Position numbers and translations under genes: made by a program. The notes beneath the pieces were generated by a model. That model ran no database searches, was not told the origin of the DNA, and worked only from the letters and a program-made list of their open reading frames with translations. Positions 11,113 through 16,795 of a DNA stretch of 16,795 nucleotides are shown in pieces. This DNA comes from Geosiphon pyriformis uo1 (lineage: Eukaryota > Fungi > Glomeromycota), in contig JAAOMT010000727.1 in NCBI GenBank assembly GCA_016748015.1, positions 4,571-21,365 on the forward strand, written 5' to 3'. Positions within the stretch are counted from its first letter, which is position 1; the number at the start of each line of letters is the position of its first letter.

Positions 11113-13070
11113 TGAGATAAAGAAGGAACCAACAAACCCAAATCAGAACACAAACAATCCAATCTTTCCAAAACTGAATTAACTAATGTCTCCAAAGCCA
11201 CTATTTTTGACTTCAATCTACCCATCTCAGTAATCAGAACTTTAAAACTACTAAAGCTAAAATCAGTAATCACATTAAAATTAACAGAGAAAAGGAGGGC
11301 AGATAACACCAACACATTATCCAAAACCATATCTAAATCCAAAACAGGAGCCAAAGAGACAGAAGCAACCAGAGGGAGAGCATAAGAGAATATAGTTAGG
11401 GACACCAACTTCACAAAACTTAATTTTTTTACAAGAACAAAAATCAATTGATCAAAAGTTCCAAAGAGCATTTCAAGACTGCCAAACAATTATTTAAACC
11501 AGAATCAACAAAGAAAACAGAATTCAAAGAAAGAGATGCCACACTTAAAGGTAAACTACTACCAGACAGAACTAATGAAACCACATAGAAAAGAATACCA
11601 CCAGCAATTTAAGTTCAAGTTTTATCTTCAAATAAAACAGGGTGCACAACAGAAATCTGCTTTTTTTTATATATGTTGGCCAAACAAACCTGATCTTAAG
11701 AAGTTACCACATGTCTATTATAACCACCAAAATTTCTACTTACTGAACAAATATTAGAGACATGACTAAATTGTTTACATAGAGCACAACAGACCAAAGA
11801 AAGCTCAGCTCAATGTAAATTTACACCTTTGAAAACAGGAACAGAATCAACAGCAGCCAATTTAGATGTCTCATTAGCAAAACACATTATCACACATCTA
11901 TTATGCATATATGAACTGAAATTATGGCCAATGAAACAAGTTTTCTCATCATATAATTCCAACAAACTAGAAAGATTATGAGCCGTAGTTTCAATTAGAA
12001 AAATATAAAGCAAAGTCCAATATAGATCTCTTAATACCCATAATTGTTTATCTCTAACTGTCTTCACAATATGAATAGAATCTTTTCTCATGAAAACAAA
12101 CCACTTAGCTGCAACCAAATCAACTATTTTAGATAATTCATATTCCATTAAAGCTTTTTGTTATAAACCAATTAATTACATCTTGATTGACACAACCTTA
12201 TCAAACTTAGAAAAAACTGACTTTATGGCTGATTTGGGAAGATCAACTGGAATCTCCTTAACAATTATTTCCTGATCTGAATAGTTGTTTACTTTTCTGA
12301 AATTATTATTAACCATAATTTTTTCACAGATTGCCAATTTCTTTGCCTTATTCAAACTAGATTCAGAATAAAAATGACTTAATAATTTCTGGAAATTTTA
12401 AGGGAGTAGAAGCTTCCCCAAAACCATCAACTTGATAGAAAATTTTTTTGACTGCAATTAATTTATCACTAATAGTTTTATTTGGCACAGCAAATAGCTC
12501 AATATCTAACATGAAAGATTTAACTGGCTTAAAATCATGTCTATCCAAAACACATAACTTGACAGTTAATAAATGCTTAGCACCAGAAAATTTAGGAACC
12601 AGAAGTGCCAAAATATTATCATTGTCATTGCTTAAATTGTTGAAAGAAATAGTCTTCAGTTTGCTGCCCAAAACATATGTCTTGGTATGAGGTTTCTTGA
12701 ATGTGACATCGTTCATAGTATTGTTAACTTCCAAGGCATTTGAATTTGCATAGCTGGTCTTTTCTATAATAGTATTCTTCATGTTCTCCAGGTTTAATAT
12801 ACCACTAATGCTGTTTGTTTCGCTGTTCACTTCACTGCCCCAAGATCTTGCAGGCTTATTGCCATCAGCAATTATATCTACAAGAAATAAAGAGCCAGTA
12901 AACATTTTGACCATATTGCCAATGATGATAGATTTCTTGAATTTTTTATAAGAGGCACCATGTGAATAAAAACCCACCAACTATTTGGTTTTGACACCAA
13001 ACTGGATCCCCAATCCAGCTGAAATGAATACTAATCTATCAGCAGAAAAGCCTATTGGATCTATATTCAT
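11109..13070 (-). pseudogene. LINE ORF1 (gag-like): RRM-like region, CCHC zinc knuckle, coiled-coil-like C-terminus; disrupted
   Basis: ATG at 13070 (MNIDPIGFSADRLVFISAGLGIQFGVKTK*LVGFYSHG...) is in frame with ORF 12363-12980, and fragments 11810-12148 and 11109-11489 follow. RRM-like segment SVFSKFDKVVSIKM*LIGL*QKALMEY. Perfect Cx2Cx4Hx4C knuckle CALCKQFSHVSNIC at 11747-11788. Confidence 0.85.
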
Positions 13071-13191
13071 GAACAAAGATATGTTGAAAAAAATAACTGT
13101 GAAATTAAAAGAAAAAAGTAATAAAGAAAATTTATCTCTTTGATATATTCTAGCTTTTGTTGTGACTAAAGGATTAACAAAAGAAAGATAT

Positions 13192-13203
13192 TTTTAATAT
13201 TTT
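13192..13203 (+). repeat. Candidate target-site duplication ttttaatatttt (other copy 6322-6333, overlapping the poly(A))
   Basis: The same 12-mer lies immediately at both composition boundaries. It is low complexity, so a chance match is possible. Confidence 0.55.
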
Positions 13204-13499
13204 ATATATTTGAAAATTATTATTAAAAAAATAAAAAATTTTATAAAACCAAAATATTATTAAATAACATAAAAAATAAACAATTTGGTTTAATTATTAT
13301 AAAAATTAACAAATTTAATAAAATAATAATTTTTGTTTTTAAAAATAATTTGGGCTTTTTAAATTTAAAAATTGTATTAATTATTAATAAAATATTATTA
13401 ATAAACTATTAACAATTAAATTTTTGTTTAAAAATAAATAATAAGTTTTTATATTAATTAAAAAAAATTAATATTATTTAATATAATATAATTATATAA

Positions 13500-15220
13500 A
13501 AGTTTTAAATTAGATTTAACTTATATGTTTTTTATGTATATACATAAAATATTATTTTTTTTAATTATATTACTTATTTATTTAGAAATAATTTCAATAA
13601 TTAATTTAATTAAAAAAGATTAAAGCTTTTAAAAAGCCATTATAAAATTAATCATAATTAATAATATTATTAATATTATATTTTTTATAAAACTTGCTAA
13701 TTTTTAAACTTATATTATACAACTTATTATCAAAAAAATAATATTTGTTTCAATTGTAAAAAATTTTTTCTTTAATTTAATATATAAAACAAAAAAATTT
13801 TAAGCAACCTAAAAACCAAAACATTAAAATATTAATTGTGTTAACAATAAATTTAACTAATAAAACCAAAACATCTAACTATAATTCCAAAAAAACCAAA
13901 TAAAAACTGACAAAAAAGTTAACAACAGCAAAAAAACTAGCAATAATAAAAAAATTAACAATAAAAAAAATTAATAAAACAGAAACAAAAACTAAAACAT
14001 AAAATTTAGCTTTAATAAAACACAATTTTAAAGTTTTAAAAACAATAACAAATTAAAACAAAGACCAAAAAAAAATAATAATAATATTTTATAATCTAAA
14101 ATCCAATAACCAAAATCTTAATATTTAAAACAATGTTAATATTCAAATATTTTTCACCAAATTTTATATTTTTTAAAATAATAATTATTTTGATTAAGCA
14201 AAAAAAATTTCAATACTATCTTTTTTAATTAAAACAAACTAATTAGCAAAAACAATAGCAACAAAAAAACGTTCTTGAAATAAACAATAACATATTATCA
14301 CAAGTTAATAAACTTTAACTTAATTAAAATAACAATGTCAAAAACACTAAAAGTATTTTTAATATAATCAAAAATATACCAAAAAACATTAAAAAATACA
14401 ACAAAAGAAAAAACAAAAGCTATTACAAAAAACTTTACAATCTTAAATATGGTTAAAAAAAAAATAACTAATTGAAATTTTGGTAACAGCAATTAAAAAA
14501 GTTTTAGAAACAAAATTTACATAAAACAACTTAATATTATCTTTAAAAACTAAATTAAATTTAATAAAATCAAACAACAAATTAAATAAAAATTTAATAA
14601 AAACTAATTTAATTTTAATATAATACTAAACATTAAAGTAAAGACTATTTACCTAAAAAATCTTGAATAATTGAAAATTATTTTTCAAACATTATTAAAA
14701 ACAGTATTAAAAAACAAAAAATAATTGATTTAATTTTTATTTTATTAATTTAATCTTTAAAATTAAATAATTTAATAAGCTAATTAATTAAAAATATATA
14801 TAAAAACATTTTGTTTTGCTTTTATAATTATAATAATTTATTAAAAGACACTATATTTAACAATATAGCCAATGATTAATCTTGGATTATTTTAAAAAAT
14901 GTATTATTGTTATTATTATTTATATTAAAAAAAGAGTTAATTACTATTATAAAAATTTTATTTAAAATTTTTTTGAAATTACAAAAAACTTTAGTATAAT
15001 AATAGTAGATATAAGTATATGTTACTGTTTTTTGAAGTTTTTGGTTTTTTTGGCCATTTGTAAAATAATAGTAGTAATAATAATAATTATAAAAACAAAA
15101 AAATTAGCTTGTTAATTGGCTTCTTATTAAAAGCTTTAAATTTTTAATAAAAATAAAAATAATACTAAACTAACTTAGTGTTTTTTTAGAAAAAACTTTA
15201 ATTAAAAAAATTACTAATTA
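13500..15220 (-). pseudogene. Heavily transition-mutated remnant of a second, divergent LINE ORF1 (boundaries approximate)
   Basis: Its translation DYIKNTFSVFDIVILIKLKFINL**YVIVYF.../VFAN*FVLIKKDSIEI (~14370-14205) aligns with the young ORF1 SAIKSVFSKFDKVVSIKM*LIGL*QKALMEY...VAAKWFVFMRKDSIHI. Eroded knuckle CFKY*DFGYWILDY at 14091-14132. Same A/C-rich plus-strand skew as the LINE. Confidence 0.75.
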
Positions 15221-16795
15221 AAAATAAAAAAATAAAATACTTCAAAATAAATATAATTTACATATAACTAATTATTTAAATTTATTAAAACAATATTATA
15301 TAATATTTAAATATAATTTACTAATAATTATAAAAACTTTATAATACTTATATAAAATAAATTACAAACTTATTACAAAACTAAGACATATTAATAAACC
15401 AACAATTATCTGGTTTCAAATATTAAACAAAACAAAATTAATACTTTTATCAGATTTTTTTTTTATATTTTATTTTAAGTTTGAAGTTTAATAATTAAAT
15501 TATAAACAAAATTTATAATAAACTAAATAGTTTTAAAAACAAATTTAGATACCAAAAAAAGATTTTTACACTAATTTTTAAAAATATAATAATATTACCA
15601 AAAATTTGCAAAATTTAAAAATTAACAATAAAACAATCTAACAAAAATATTTACTTATTAGTTTTATTTTTATTAATTTTTTTAAACAATAGTGTTTATA
15701 ATATATAAAAACAAATAATTAAAATTTTTTATTTTATTAAATCTAATGTATTTTACACTAAAATAATTTAAATTTTAAAACTTTTTATATAAAATTATTA
15801 AAAATTATTTAAAAATGGTTTTATTATATATATGTAAAAACTAATAATATTATAATTTGTTAAACCAAAATTTATGTTACTATTAAAATATCAAACTAAA
15901 GTCATTTTAAATTAGTTATAATTTTTAACCAAAAAAATTCAAATATTTAAAGACATATTTAGCTTTTTATTAAACAAACTTATATAATTTTTTAGGAAAA
16001 TGCTAAATATTTTCAAAAATTACTATATTATTAACTATTAAAAACCTTTTATCAACTTAAACAAAAAACAAAACTTTAATAATATTGTTACTTAACAAAA
16101 TATGAATTATTAATAAAAAATTTTTAGATAATACAGTTCTTTGAATATTTCTATAATTATTTAGAAAAAATGTAGAGTTAGGTGTAAACTTGAGGAGACA
16201 TGAGTAATTGTGTTCATTATTATAACACATATATAAAAGTATAATTGTTTCATCTTTTTGTAAAATGTATATTTTTGTAATTTTTTTAAATTCTTTTTAA
16301 ATCAATTAAGTAATTGTTTAATTTATTAACAATAATTAAAAATACTTTTTAATTAAAATAAATAATTTAAAACATTGAAATAATTAAGAAAAAATTGATT
16401 TAATAAAAAATTAAGGAAAACTATCGTTTATATTAAAAATATTTTAAAAATGTTCTTGGGGTTAAAAGTTTATAGCATTTTTATAATAAAAATTTAAAAT
16501 CTCAATATTATACGAAATAACATACGTTTTTAGAAAAATACTTAAAAATAACAATATAAAATTTCATATATATTTTCAAATTAAAAACAATAAATATTAC
16601 TTAAAACAAACCATTAGTTTGAAAATAATATAAATTTATTAAATTTATCAATATACTTTATAAGATTGGACAATATAGTTTTAAATTGCAACTTATAAAA
16701 AAAATATAAAATTATAATTTTTAAACTCTTTACATAAAACTTTATTTGCAATTATTAAACATTTAATGAATTGTAATAAAAATAAATTTCTATTA

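Larger units (their letters stand above)
6330..13191 (-). mobile_element. Full-length, inactivated non-LTR retrotransposon (LINE) with APE-RT-RNase H-zinc finger ORF2
   Basis: Canonical minus-strand order: ~120-bp 5' UTR, ORF1, ORF2 (APE, RT, RNase H, Cys/His finger), ~120-bp 3' UTR and poly(A) (T13 at 6330-6342). GC steps sharply at both ends, and there is a candidate TSD. Confidence 0.93.

Noticed and set aside
8659-12690. Plus-strand ORFs at 8659-8940, 9370-9561, 11536-11757, 12090-12275 and 12448-12690
   Set aside because: Short antisense shadows of the LINE with no recognisable motifs.
14298-14492. 64-aa hydrophobic ORF as a small membrane protein
   Set aside because: It is a fragment of the ghost ORF1; its F/I/V richness results from C->T/G->A erosion.

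Overview
Very AT-rich eukaryotic scaffold with four N-gaps, most likely from a Glomeromycotina fungus. The repeat-derived peptides remind me of Geosiphon-type transposon proteins, but this is recollection, not a search result. Positions 1-4.5 kb hold a minus-strand gene for a coiled-coil + protein-kinase-like protein (2246-3488, middle hidden in a 547-N gap); its 3' end, 3' flank and 5' end each occur twice around 20-N gaps. Positions 6330-13191 are a full-length but dead non-LTR retrotransposon (LINE) on the minus strand: ORF1 with an RRM-like region and CCHC knuckle, ORF2 with APE endonuclease, RT, RNase H and zinc finger, plus a poly(A) tail and a candidate 12-bp TSD. The roughly 90% AT flanks are not featureless. 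They contain 'ghost' coding sequences eroded by C->T/G->A transitions, including a recognisable older ORF1 paralog (~13500-15220) and an ORF the LINE appears to have split. Many lesions are outside CpG context (TGG->TGA/TAA, CAA->TAA, TGT->TAT), while the adjacent kinase stays CpG-rich and open. This suggests a repeat-targeted, RIP-like hypermutation process and is the most interesting signal in the window.
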